Assembly: GCA_965197565.1 (NCBI GenBank)
Contig: CBDANK010000002.1
Coordinates: 841,403-905,402 of the forward strand
Length of the DNA: 64,000 nt
Direction of reading: 5' to 3'
Origin: Dehalococcoidia bacterium
Lineage (GTDB): Bacteria > Chloroflexota > Dehalococcoidia > Lucifugimonadales > UBA3495
Part shown: positions 31,456 through 40,390 of the stretch, piece after piece
How positions within the stretch are numbered: position 1 is the first letter of the stretch
Layout: the number at the start of each line of letters is the position of its first letter
Made by a program: the position numbers and the translations under genes
Notes under the pieces: model-generated
The model's database searches: none
What the model saw: only the letters and a program-made list of their open reading frames with translations
Told to the model about the DNA's origin: nothing

Positions 31456-31732
31456 GGGTATTGAGCACCGGTCGGAATTTCCCGGAAGACCTTCGGCCTC
31501 ATACCCGGATTCAAGCGGTGAAGGGCTGAGGCCGCATTGCCAGACGGCTTATATCCAGGGGTGTGGTGGTGAGAGAAGAAACTGCGGCAGCGGACGATTG
31601 ACGAATGAGCCTTTCTAGGACGGGGAATTCACTTTTGCAGCCGTCCAAGTTACTGGTATGCCCTGTCTGCCGAGGCGTATGTGTGCGCCGGGGCAGGCGG
31701 ACAGGCCGGAAAATAGCTGTACATCGGGTTAG

Positions 31733-32074
31733 CTAAAGGACTTGGTCGCCCGTTTCTCCGGTGCGGATCCGGATAGCATTGGACACAGGCGTAATGAATA
31801 TCTTGCCATCGTCGCTGCTCCCGGTCCGTGCATTAGCAACAACGGCATCAATGGCTTTCTGGGTATCTTCGTCACTGACCACCACCTCGAGCTTGAGTTG
31901 GTGCAGCATGTTCATCACGTAGCTCTGAGTTCCCCTACCACCGGTGCGTGTTTCTTTTTGGACTCCCCGCCCGGTTACTTGGATCACCGTCAAACCAATG
32001 ATGCCTTCGTTGGCTAGAGAATCCTTTACGCTGTCCAGTTTTTCGGGCCGGATGAATGCTTCGATCTTGTTCAT
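31733..32074 (-). CDS. P-II family nitrogen-regulatory-like protein
   Basis: MNKIEAFIRPEKLDSVKDSL..., the T-loop region GRGVQKE...SY, DDGKIF and RIRTGE are present. The RBS is GGAGG. Confidence 0.85.
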   Translation of the reverse strand: MNKIEAFIRPEKLDSVKDSLANEGIIGLTVIQVTGRGVQKETRTGGRGTQSYVMNMLHQLKLEVVVSDEDTQKAIDAVVANARTGSSDDGKIFITPVSNAIRIRTGETGDQVL

Positions 32075-32330
32075 TTTCCCTCCTTGAGTACTTTGGCTTA
32101 CTGTACAGGACCGAATGACCGACAACAAATTCGCGAAGAAAGGCCGCTATTAAAGTATAGCTCAAAGCTGCGCCCCCATCCTACCATTGGATGACAAGTA
32201 AGCGTGAGGCACTTCGGCCTTGTTAAGGGACCATACCTTATGTGGAGAAGGGACAGGCGGGGTTGAATCTTATTTTGGTCAACGGCGGCCCCCACTTGTG
32301 AGAGGGCGGGGGTTGTGGATGAGGCGAGAC

Positions 32331-33701
32331 CTAGGAAATGTCGAGCCGGTCGCGGTAGTCCGGGTCCCAAGCGGCCAGCAATCCACGTTTAATCGCCTGC
32401 TCCGGCGGAATCCGGGGGCTGGCTTCGCCGGTCGTGGGCACGGAAGCAATGACTGCGTCCTGTACCAGGGCCTCGTAAGCGGCTTTGTCAACACCCAGCA
32501 GGTCCCGCAGAAGCGATTCGTTGTCTTGACCGAATGTAGGCGAAGGGCCCCGGATTCGCAGCGGGCTGCGGGAGAGCTTGTAAGGCCGGCCCATAAAGAG
32601 CCGGGTCCCTATTTCCCGCTCGGGCGGATAATCGACCCGTTCCAAAAAACCCCGGCTCTTGTATTGGGGGTCAAAGTGAATGTCTTTACCGGTGAGGACC
32701 GGCCCAGCGGGGATACCCTCCTCTTGCAACCGGTGCATCAACTGGTACTTGTCCAGCCCTACGCTCCAAGTGTTGATGGCCTCATCTATCCGGTCGTGGT
32801 TGCGCTGACGGGCCAAAACATCAGCAAAGTCGGCGTTCCGGGCAAGTTCCTCCCGGCCCATCAACCGGCAGAGGGCCTGCCACTGCTCGTCGCTGCCCAC
32901 CGACAGGGTGATCCACTGGTCGTCACCCTGGGCCCGATAGCAACCCTGCGGCGCACGGTGGGGGTGCCGGTTGCCGATGCGGCCTCCTTGCCGGCCGTTG
33001 GCGATGGCATCCATGATGTACTCGGAAGCAAACATCACCCCCGCTTGGTACATGCCGATGTCCACCCACTGGCCGCGGCCGGTCCGGTTGCGGTAGCGCA
33101 GCGCGGCGCCGATTGCGAACAGGGCGGTCCAGGTAGAGAGAAAGTCGACAAACGAGGCCCCGGCCTTAGCCGGGAGCCCGCCGGAGTACCCGGTAATCCA
33201 GCAATGGCCGTGGGTCCCTTCTTGCGTGGTCGCTTGAGCCGGGTATCCCGAGTAAGGCCCATCGCCGTGGCCGTAACCAGTGTTGGAAACCATGACGATG
33301 TCCGGCTTGATTCGTCGCAAGTTGGGGTAGTCCAGGCCCCAACCGCGCATCACCCGGGGCGTAAAGTTCTCCATCACCACATCGCTTACCCTCACCAACC
33401 GGCGGAACAAGTCCCGGCCCCGTTCATCGGTCATATCCAGGGTCAACGAACGTTTGCCCCGGTGGATCAGGTTGTAAGTCGAGGGGCGATTCCACCAGTC
33501 TTCCCCAATGTCGCGCTCAGGAAAGGCTCCGGCGTAACCTCCGGTGCGGGTAACGTCGGGGCGGCCTGGCCCCTCGACCTTAATCACCTCCGCTCCCATA
33601 TCGGCCAAGAGGCCGCCGGCATATGGCAGAGCGAACACGTAGCTCGAGTCCAGGACGCGGATTCCCTCCAACGGTAATGGCAACTTTTCTTGCGTACTCA
33701 C
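32331..33701 (-). CDS. CaiB/BaiF family III CoA-transferase
   Basis: GIRVLDSSYVFALPYAGGLLADMGAEVIKVE and the family-III architecture are present. Confidence 0.9.
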   Translation of the reverse strand: MSTQEKLPLPLEGIRVLDSSYVFALPYAGGLLADMGAEVIKVEGPGRPDVTRTGGYAGAFPERDIGEDWWNRPSTYNLIHRGKRSLTLDMTDERGRDLFRRLVRVSDVVMENFTPRVMRGWGLDYPNLRRIKPDIVMVSNTGYGHGDGPYSGYPAQATTQEGTHGHCWITGYSGGLPAKAGASFVDFLSTWTALFAIGAALRYRNRTGRGQWVDIGMYQAGVMFASEYIMDAIANGRQGGRIGNRHPHRAPQGCYRAQGDDQWITLSVGSDEQWQALCRLMGREELARNADFADVLARQRNHDRIDEAINTWSVGLDKYQLMHRLQEEGIPAGPVLTGKDIHFDPQYKSRGFLERVDYPPEREIGTRLFMGRPYKLSRSPLRIRGPSPTFGQDNESLLRDLLGVDKAAYEALVQDAVIASVPTTGEASPRIPPEQAIKRGLLAAWDPDYRDRLDIS

Positions 33702-33719
33702 TATTGGGATAGCAGACAG

Positions 33720-34943
33720 CTAGATCACGTCTAGCTGCCGCAGCCGGCAAAATTCTTCCTGGGTGTAACCCAGACCGTCGACGTAGACCTCGCGGTTGTG
33801 CTGGCCCAGGGTAGGCGCCGGGTCGGTCCGGGTGTATGGAGTCAGACTCAGGTTGAACAGCACCGCCGGGACTTTGATTTTGCCGATCACCGGGTGTTCG
33901 ACTTCCCGGTAGAAACGGCGGGCCTCCAGTTGAGGACACTCGGCTAACTCGGTTGGGGTCTGCACCAAGCCGAACAACATCCTCGCTTGGGCTGCTTTGT
34001 GGAACAAGTCCCACTTGTTTTGGTCTTTGATGGCCTCGGTGACCAGCCGGTCCAACTCCTCGCCGTGCAGCGGCCGCTGGGCTTGGTCTGCAAAGCGGGG
34101 CTCCAGCATCTCGGGCGTCTCAAAGAACCCGGCGATATCCTCCCATGAAGCCCCTCCTCCCGGCTGGACGATGATCCAACCATCGGCGCAGGGCATGGGG
34201 TGGCCGAACATGCTGCCGCTGGGGCGTCGCCGGGCCTGGGTGCCCCCCATGAAAGGATACATGGTCTGAGTAGCCAGCATGGTGGAGGCGACGCACTCGG
34301 TAATGGACACGTCGATATGCTGACCCCGGCCGGTGTTGTCCTGCATGAACAGAGCCATAGCGGTGGCCGCGGCGCCGTTCAAACCGCCTTCGTACTGGGC
34401 CTGGAACCCGCCGTGCTTCAGCGGTTCGCGTCCTTGGACGCCGCTAATGCTCATTATCATGCCCATGGCGTAGTTGACGATCTCCTCTCCTTGGTACTGG
34501 CTGTAGGGACCCTCTTGACCAAAAGGGGTGATGGAGGTCAGGACCAAGCCAGGATTGAGCTGCTCCAAGACTTGGTAGCCTAACCCGAGAGAATGTAAAT
34601 AGCCGGGCCGATAGGTCTCGATGGCGACATCGACATGGGGAACTAGCCGTTTCAGTATCTCGCGGCCGGCAACCGTATTCAGATTGAGGGTAGCTCCCTT
34701 TTTGTTGAGGTTCATAACCAGGAAGAAGAGGCTCTTTTCCGGATGGGGATCGTCGCCGAAGAACGGCCCCATCCGGCGGAGGGAGGCCCCGCCGGGCGGC
34801 TCTACTTTAAGCACCTCGGCCCCGTAATCGGCCAGCAAGCGGCCGCAGAAGGAGCCGGCGATATCCTGGCTCAGGTCCAGTACCTTTAGGCCGGCTAACA
34901 CACCCATGGGTATGGTGCCTGGCCCCTGTTCTTCCAAAGTCAC
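33720..34943 (-). CDS. CaiB/BaiF family III CoA-transferase
   Basis: GLKVLDLSQDIAGSFCGRLLADYGAEVLKVEPPGG is present. Confidence 0.9.
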   Translation of the reverse strand: MTLEEQGPGTIPMGVLAGLKVLDLSQDIAGSFCGRLLADYGAEVLKVEPPGGASLRRMGPFFGDDPHPEKSLFFLVMNLNKKGATLNLNTVAGREILKRLVPHVDVAIETYRPGYLHSLGLGYQVLEQLNPGLVLTSITPFGQEGPYSQYQGEEIVNYAMGMIMSISGVQGREPLKHGGFQAQYEGGLNGAAATAMALFMQDNTGRGQHIDVSITECVASTMLATQTMYPFMGGTQARRRPSGSMFGHPMPCADGWIIVQPGGGASWEDIAGFFETPEMLEPRFADQAQRPLHGEELDRLVTEAIKDQNKWDLFHKAAQARMLFGLVQTPTELAECPQLEARRFYREVEHPVIGKIKVPAVLFNLSLTPYTRTDPAPTLGQHNREVYVDGLGYTQEEFCRLRQLDVI

Positions 34944-35416
34944 TGTGAGGCCCTAATCCTTTGGTTGTTGCAAACAGCGCCGCCCATTAATTGTTCAATT
35001 CCCCGTGCCCAGCGAAGAGGTAAGGGCCGGAATGGCCCTCTGGGGTTGCCCGTCGTCGGCCGTAGGCAGGCCGAAAGCGATTGTAGCGGAAGGAACAGGG
35101 CAAGGCAAACGGGAGGTTGGGATCCCTGGCTTGTCCACCGGAATAATCCCCTCCCCCAACACTTTGCTCTACTGCTTCGGAGGAGGCTCCGTCCGAACAT
35201 CCGACTTGGCTAATTGCTTGATCCGTGGAATAATTCCCACACTCCCACCCAGCCGCTCGAAGCGAATTGGAGGCCGCCCAGCCTATTGTCTTGAGCAGCC
35301 TCCAAATCCTTCTTACCCGGAGGAGATTCCTTAGTGCTGGAGAGACCGCCTACAGGCTTTCCCAGGGAGTTGCCGAGAGACACTGCGAGCTTGAAACGCA
35401 CAGAAAAGGAGGGGAC

Positions 35417-36283
35417 ATGAGCGAGACCAACCTAAGCAATTGGGGCAGGTGGGGGCCCGAGGACCAAATAGGAGTGCTGAACCTCCTTACCCCGGAGGTG
35501 ATACTCAGGGCATTTAAGCTGGTAAAAAAGGGTAAGGTTTACAGCTTGGCGGTCCCCTTGGAAAAGGACGGGCCCCAGATGCCCACTTTCCACAAGACCT
35601 GGCGGGTCTCCCATGTTGCCCGCCGCCAAAACCCCGACTTGCACATCATCGATGACGTGATAATGATGGAGACCCATTCGGGCACTCACATAGACGCTAT
35701 CGGACACGTCTGGGCCGAGGGACGCTTCTACAACAATTTTTCGGACGAGCACGCCAGCAGCCAGGGAGTGGCGAGGACCGGCATAGAGAACGTGAGGTAT
35801 ATCGTGGGCCGGGGCGTGATGCTGGACATAGCCGCCTACCGAGGGGTCGACCATCTGGGCCCCGCCGAGGCAGTGACCAGGGAAGACTTGGACGGCGCGG
35901 CCTCGGCGCAGGGCATAACCCTGGAGCCTGGAGATATTGTCCTAGTCCGAACCGGCTGGTACAAGCTTTTCTACCAAGACTACGCTCTCTGGCAGACCGC
36001 GTTTCCCGGCCCCGACGCGTCGACGCTCCCTTGGTTGAAGCAGCATGACGTTTGCGCCATCGGGGCCGACCAACCCACCTGCGAGCGGCGAGACCCCCTG
36101 GCCCACACAGGCAACCTGGCTCTTCACAGGTACGCTATTCGGGACCTGGGGGTGCACATTCTGGAGAACCTGGACTTGGAAGAGCTGGCTCGGGACAAAG
36201 TGTACGAGTTCCTTTTTGTGGGGGCTCCCCTGCGCCTGACCCACGCCACGGGATCTCCCTGGAACCCCTTGGCCTTCGTGTAA
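35417..36283 (+). CDS. putative cyclase family protein (kynurenine-formamidase-like)
   Basis: The start MSETNLSNWGRWG follows the RBS AAGGAGGGG. The HxGTHxDxxxH motif reads ETHSGTHIDAIGHV. Confidence 0.8.
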   Translation: MSETNLSNWGRWGPEDQIGVLNLLTPEVILRAFKLVKKGKVYSLAVPLEKDGPQMPTFHKTWRVSHVARRQNPDLHIIDDVIMMETHSGTHIDAIGHVWAEGRFYNNFSDEHASSQGVARTGIENVRYIVGRGVMLDIAAYRGVDHLGPAEAVTREDLDGAASAQGITLEPGDIVLVRTGWYKLFYQDYALWQTAFPGPDASTLPWLKQHDVCAIGADQPTCERRDPLAHTGNLALHRYAIRDLGVHILENLDLEELARDKVYEFLFVGAPLRLTHATGSPWNPLAFV

Positions 36284-36361
36284 ACGCCTAAGCGCCGCTG
36301 AATGCTCTAACTCTCAAGTTTCAGGGAATGAATAGTAACTATGAACTATGGAGGCGCTGCA

Positions 36362-37303
36362 TTAAACATTGCGGCTAGAACCGAAATGGTCCTCTAGGAT
36401 AACGGTGAACTCATCGAGGGTGTAGCTGTAGGTCTGGGTTCCCTGGGCCTGGACGGCGTAGTAACCGCACACTGCGCCCATTTGCACGGCGCGCTCCACC
36501 GGATACCCCTCCAGCAAACCTTTGATCAAGCCGCCCCGAAAAGCGTCCCCGGCGCCGGTGGGGTCCACCACCTTCGCCGCCGGTACTGCGGGCACTTCGA
36601 TGGTCCCGGCTTGGCTGAGCACTTGGCAGCCCTGTTCAGCCTTGGTGGTTATGATGGTTTCCACCGTTTCCAGCAGTTGCTCGACGGATAACCCTGTCTT
36701 GTTGCTGATCATCTGTAGCTCGTAGTCATTGGAGACCAACATATTGGCTTGGTTGATAGTCCGGGCCAAGTCACTGCCGTCCCAAGCAGGCAGCGACTGG
36801 CCCGGGTCAAAAATCCAAAAGATGCCCAACTCCCGGCAGGTCTGGGCATACTCGGCCATATCTTGCAGGTTGCCTGGCGCCACGATGGCCATACACTGCG
36901 ACGGATCGGTCTTAGTGAAATCGTATTTCGAAGGGTACTTCATTGCGCCAGGATTAAAACCGGTGATTTGATTGTCCGCCGAGTCGGTGGTGATATAGGC
37001 GGAGGCAGTGAGTTCCTCGTCGATGATGCGTACATCATCCGTAGCGATGCCCCGCTGCTCCAACCACTGGAAATAGCGGTGATAGTCGCGGCCCAGGGTG
37101 GCTAGGACTCGCGGCTTTGCTCCCAGCAGGGACAGGGCGTAGGCGATGTTGCCGGCGGTGCCGCCGAAGTTCTCGGTCAGACTGTTGACAGTAAAACTCA
37201 CGTTGATCATGTGTATCTTGTCGGCCATGATGTGGTCAGAGAAGCGGCCGGGGAAGTCCATGATGCGATCGTAGGCCAGGGAGCCTGAGACCAAGATTTC
37301 CAT
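36362..37303 (-). CDS. PfkB-family carbohydrate/nucleoside kinase (adenosine-kinase-like)
   Basis: GGTAGNIAYALSLLG is near the N-terminus and DPTGAGDAFRGG near the C-terminus. Confidence 0.85.
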   Translation of the reverse strand: MEILVSGSLAYDRIMDFPGRFSDHIMADKIHMINVSFTVNSLTENFGGTAGNIAYALSLLGAKPRVLATLGRDYHRYFQWLEQRGIATDDVRIIDEELTASAYITTDSADNQITGFNPGAMKYPSKYDFTKTDPSQCMAIVAPGNLQDMAEYAQTCRELGIFWIFDPGQSLPAWDGSDLARTINQANMLVSNDYELQMISNKTGLSVEQLLETVETIITTKAEQGCQVLSQAGTIEVPAVPAAKVVDPTGAGDAFRGGLIKGLLEGYPVERAVQMGAVCGYYAVQAQGTQTYSYTLDEFTVILEDHFGSSRNV

Positions 37304-37362
37304 AGTTCGCAGTCCTCGTTCACCAGGGAGTTGCTTGTTCAAAAATAGGGAGTTCCGTTATA

Positions 37363-38088
37363 TCAGCAACCGTAACGGCCCGCTAGGTCTCCGGCAAATT
37401 CAACCAAGTCTCCGGGCTCGATGTCTCCGGCGACCGACTCTCCCGCGTTTATTTCCAGCACATACTGGGTGGGGCGCACCGGAGAAAATCTGGGCAACTG
37501 CTCCAAGGTCTGGTCCGGTTCCGGAATGGGGGCGCCCAGAGTCAGGTCCACCACGGTGCAATCGGCCCCGATCCACACCATGTCCAAAGGAAACCGCATT
37601 TCTTTCATCCAGAAGCTGTACTGTCTTTCCTGCTGGTACACAAACAACATTCCGGTGCCTGAAGGCAGGGTCTCCCGGCCGGAGAGGCCCTGCCTTCGCT
37701 GCTCCGCGGTCAGAGCCAACTCCACCGGGAAGACGGCCTTGCCGACCCTGACCACCGGACCTTCAATCGCCGGAGAGGATTGAACCGCAGCCGTCGCTGT
37801 TTCCGGGGACAATTCTGAGCCGGCAGCCGGCTTATCGGCCGGAGTCGCGGGGGTAGTCGGAGCCGGACTGCCGGGCGGCATCGTTGCTGCTTTGACCGCC
37901 CCGGATGTCGCGTCTGCTTGAGGCTGCTCTTCAAGTCCTCTTTCCTCATTCGGGCCGTCGCCGGGAGATTGAAGAGGAGGGGTGACGGTGGCCGCGGACG
38001 TTTCCGTGGGCGCCGCCGGGGTGCTTGCGGCGGGACCACCGCAGGCCATACCCAACATACATAGCAGCACTGCTAAGAAACGTATCAT
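37363..38088 (-). CDS. DUF192 domain lipoprotein with low-complexity linker
   Basis: The lipobox is LGMAC. A Pro/Ala/Thr-rich linker precedes the DUF192 core RRQGLSGRETLPSGTGMLFVY...FWMKEMRFPLDMVWI. Confidence 0.75.
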   Translation of the reverse strand: MIRFLAVLLCMLGMACGGPAASTPAAPTETSAATVTPPLQSPGDGPNEERGLEEQPQADATSGAVKAATMPPGSPAPTTPATPADKPAAGSELSPETATAAVQSSPAIEGPVVRVGKAVFPVELALTAEQRRQGLSGRETLPSGTGMLFVYQQERQYSFWMKEMRFPLDMVWIGADCTVVDLTLGAPIPEPDQTLEQLPRFSPVRPTQYVLEINAGESVAGDIEPGDLVEFAGDLAGRYGC

Positions 38089-38268
38089 GGGACAAGGTTA
38101 ATTGTACACTGGCGGGCCGCAAAAACCTTTCTGAGGCGCCAGCCCCATGTAAGGGACCGGGATAACCGGCGCCGCGCTTGGCCGAGCAGCCACCAAGAGC
38201 CTTCTGTATTGACGAACTTAAAGCCAAGGGAGTAGTCTGAATGGCGTCAAGTCCTACCGGGGCGAGAG

Positions 38269-38478
38269 CAGGGTCTTTGTATTGTCACCCCCGGCCTACG
38301 CCGGGGCAGGCTCTGAGCCTTTCGGCTAGGCTCAAGATAAACTCCGCGAAGGGTCTAAAGTCCTTGTCTTCAATGCCGTTTTGCTGCCGAAACATCTTAG
38401 ATTCTTCGTCGTAAGCTCCTCAGAATGACCGGGTGTGGCAGCCTGTATTCACCTAACATTGAGAATCGAAAGACCCTG
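38269..38478. repeat. MITE-like repeat, family A, copy A2, with a 10-bp target duplication
   Basis: The ends are CAGGGTCTTTGTATTG... and ...GAATCGAAAGACCCTG. They are flanked by GGGGCGAGAG (38259-38268 and 38479-38488). Confidence 0.85.
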
Positions 38479-38489
38479 GGGGCGAGAGC

Positions 38490-39041
38490 ATGACGCAAGA
38501 GACAAAGTCAGTCCTGACTCCCGAAGTCAAAGCAATGATCGGCGTCAGCGGCGAGCTAGTCGAGGCTTGGGGAGTAGTCAACGAAGAGTATTTAAGACGG
38601 TTTACCCAGGCCCTCATGGACCCCGACCCCAGGTATTGGGACCAGGAATTTGCCGAGTCGACCCAATACGGTGAAATTATAACTCCTCCTATCATGGTCA
38701 GCTACATGGCTACCCGCATCCGCCCCGACCAGGAAGACCCCATCACCCGGGCCTTCCAGGAGGACCCGGAGTCCGACGGCATCGGCCGGGTGGAACGTCA
38801 TGGGGCCTTGCCTCCGGTCCCAACCCACTTGGTGCGGGTGCTGAACGCCGGGAACGAACTGGAAATCTACCAATATCCCAGCATTGGGGACAAGATATAT
38901 TTCCAAAACAGGTACTCGGACATCCGGGAGCGGTCGGGCCGGGACGGCCGGGCTTTTCTGATAATCACCACGGAAACGACCTACAAGAACCAGGCCGGAG
39001 CATTGCTTTGCATCACCAGGGCTTCGACCATCCGCCGGTGA
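38490..39041 (+). CDS. MaoC_dehydrat_N / FAS1-like dehydratase domain protein
   Basis: It is a hotdog-fold N-type subunit and is followed by a MaoC-type partner gene. Confidence 0.65.
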   Translation: MTQETKSVLTPEVKAMIGVSGELVEAWGVVNEEYLRRFTQALMDPDPRYWDQEFAESTQYGEIITPPIMVSYMATRIRPDQEDPITRAFQEDPESDGIGRVERHGALPPVPTHLVRVLNAGNELEIYQYPSIGDKIYFQNRYSDIRERSGRDGRAFLIITTETTYKNQAGALLCITRASTIRR

Positions 39042-39118
39042 CATATTCAATAAAGTCCACCCAAGATACGACAGTCTAATTGCCGCCCCGGCCCCCAAGA
39101 GAACGAGGTAGAGAAAAG

Positions 39119-39679
39119 ATGAGCGTGCTTCTAGAAGACTTGCTCAAGATGACTCCCGAAGAGATTCTGGCCCACAATGAAAAGCCCACGGCGGAGCAGT
39201 TGCGGAGCAAACAGCAGACTTACTTCGAGGACGTGTACGAAGGAATGGAGTTGCCCAAGTACATTTATCACCCTACTCCGACCCACTTGTTCCGGTGGAG
39301 CGCAGCCATCGAAAACTTTCACCGCATCCACTATGACCTTGATTTCGGCCTCAACCACGACAAGAATCCCAGCCTGCTGGTTCACGGGTCGTGGAAACAA
39401 AGCGTGGCGCCCCAGTACCTCAAAGACTGGACCCTGCCCAAGGGGTGGCCTTGGAAAGCGCGCTTTGAACACCGCGCTATGTTGGTGCCCGGGGATATCT
39501 TGATTATGTGGGGCAAAGTAACCAACAAGCAAGAGAAGGAGGGCATGGGCCTGATTGACCTGGAACTGGGGATGACCACCCAGGACGGCACCGAAAGTAT
39601 GCCGGGCACCGCCACGGTGGTTCTTCCGCTAAAGGACGGCCCGGATATACCCTATCCCTTTGTGCCGCCTGCCGGCTGA
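39119..39679 (+). CDS. MaoC-like (R)-hydratase hotdog-fold protein
   Basis: FRWSAAIENFHRIHYDLDF...LLVHGSW is present. The start MSVLLEDLL follows a GAGG RBS. Confidence 0.7.
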   Translation: MSVLLEDLLKMTPEEILAHNEKPTAEQLRSKQQTYFEDVYEGMELPKYIYHPTPTHLFRWSAAIENFHRIHYDLDFGLNHDKNPSLLVHGSWKQSVAPQYLKDWTLPKGWPWKARFEHRAMLVPGDILIMWGKVTNKQEKEGMGLIDLELGMTTQDGTESMPGTATVVLPLKDGPDIPYPFVPPAG

Positions 39680-39734
39680 ATACTTCATCTTAGCAGTGAC
39701 CCTCACATTCCCCGAGGGGGAGTGGTTTGGATTG

Positions 39735-39959
39735 CGGGGTCTTGTCATTTTCGGAAATTGTCATTCTGAGCCGTAGGCGAAGAATCTAAAAGCCTTCAGC
39801 AAGAACCTGGTCCGAATAACGAATAAAGAGAATGTAGTCAAGGGTTTTAGACCCCTCGCGCAGTTTATCTTGAGCCTAGCCGAAAGGCTCGGGGTGACAT
39901 GGCAGAGTGGCTCAGAGCCTGCCCCGGCGTAGGCCGGGGGTGACAATGAAAAGGCCCTG
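39735..39959. repeat. MITE-like repeat, family A, copy A5 (inverse orientation), with a 10-bp target duplication
   Basis: It is flanked by GTTTGGATTG (39725-39734 and 39960-39969). Confidence 0.8.
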
Positions 39960-40088
39960 GTTTGGATTGAGGCTGTTGACGTGGGATTCTTGGGACCCTT
40001 AGGAAGATGAGTTGAGTGGCGCCAAACATTTTTAATTGGACCAGCCGAAAGTAGCCGGCAGTGTCCTGCCAAGAGGTGGATGCGCAGC

Positions 40089-40358
40089 ATGGCCCGATTT
40101 ATAGCGATTCACAAGGTGTCGGGAATCACCGAGGAAGAATTTCGAAGCAAGCTGGACGCCGTCCGCAAGTGGCGGCCGGACCGCCGCACCACGGTGCTAA
40201 AGGTCTACGGAGACCTTGAAGACGGCACCCTGGTGACCGAGTGCGAGGCTGTGGAACGCACCCATTTTGAGGACTGGATCAACATGGTGGGCTGGCCCGC
40301 TGAGTCAATTCACAAGGTCGACCTTATCTGCCAAGTAGGCAACTTTTGGAATGTGTGA
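40089..40358 (+). CDS. DUF4242-like small protein
   Basis: MARFIAIHKVSGITEEEFRSKL...ECEAVERTHFEDWINMVGWPAESIHKV has the layout of SCO4226/DUF4242-type proteins. This call rests on my memory of the family. Confidence 0.5.
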   Translation: MARFIAIHKVSGITEEEFRSKLDAVRKWRPDRRTTVLKVYGDLEDGTLVTECEAVERTHFEDWINMVGWPAESIHKVDLICQVGNFWNV

Positions 40359-40390
40359 ACCCGGGCCAACCTGGGATCGGCTCTTCCAGC

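Noticed and set aside
31068-31465. Regularly spaced short direct repeats (GGGTATTGAG x3) and many recurring ~30-bp hairpin modules might have been a CRISPR array.
   Set aside because: The intervening units are about 165-205 bp, have their own terminal inverted repeats and recur elsewhere as whole elements. There is no repeat-spacer periodicity of 60-75 bp and no cas genes.
32220-33677. A 485-aa ORF lies on the plus strand opposite the CoA-transferase gene. Similar long antisense ORFs occur at 3440-4522, 13213-14169, 14631-15590, 41849-42802 and 47180-47710.
   Set aside because: Their proteins are Arg/Gly/Pro/Ala-rich and low in complexity, as is typical of shadow frames in high-GC DNA. Each overlaps a gene with unmistakable family motifs on the other strand or frame.
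34944-35416. The long GC-rich intergenic region might encode a housekeeping structured RNA (RNase P RNA, tmRNA, 6S or SRP).
   Set aside because: None of the universally conserved blocks I know is present on either strand (for example GAGGAAAGTCC for RNase P, or a tRNA-like 3' end with a resume-codon region for tmRNA).
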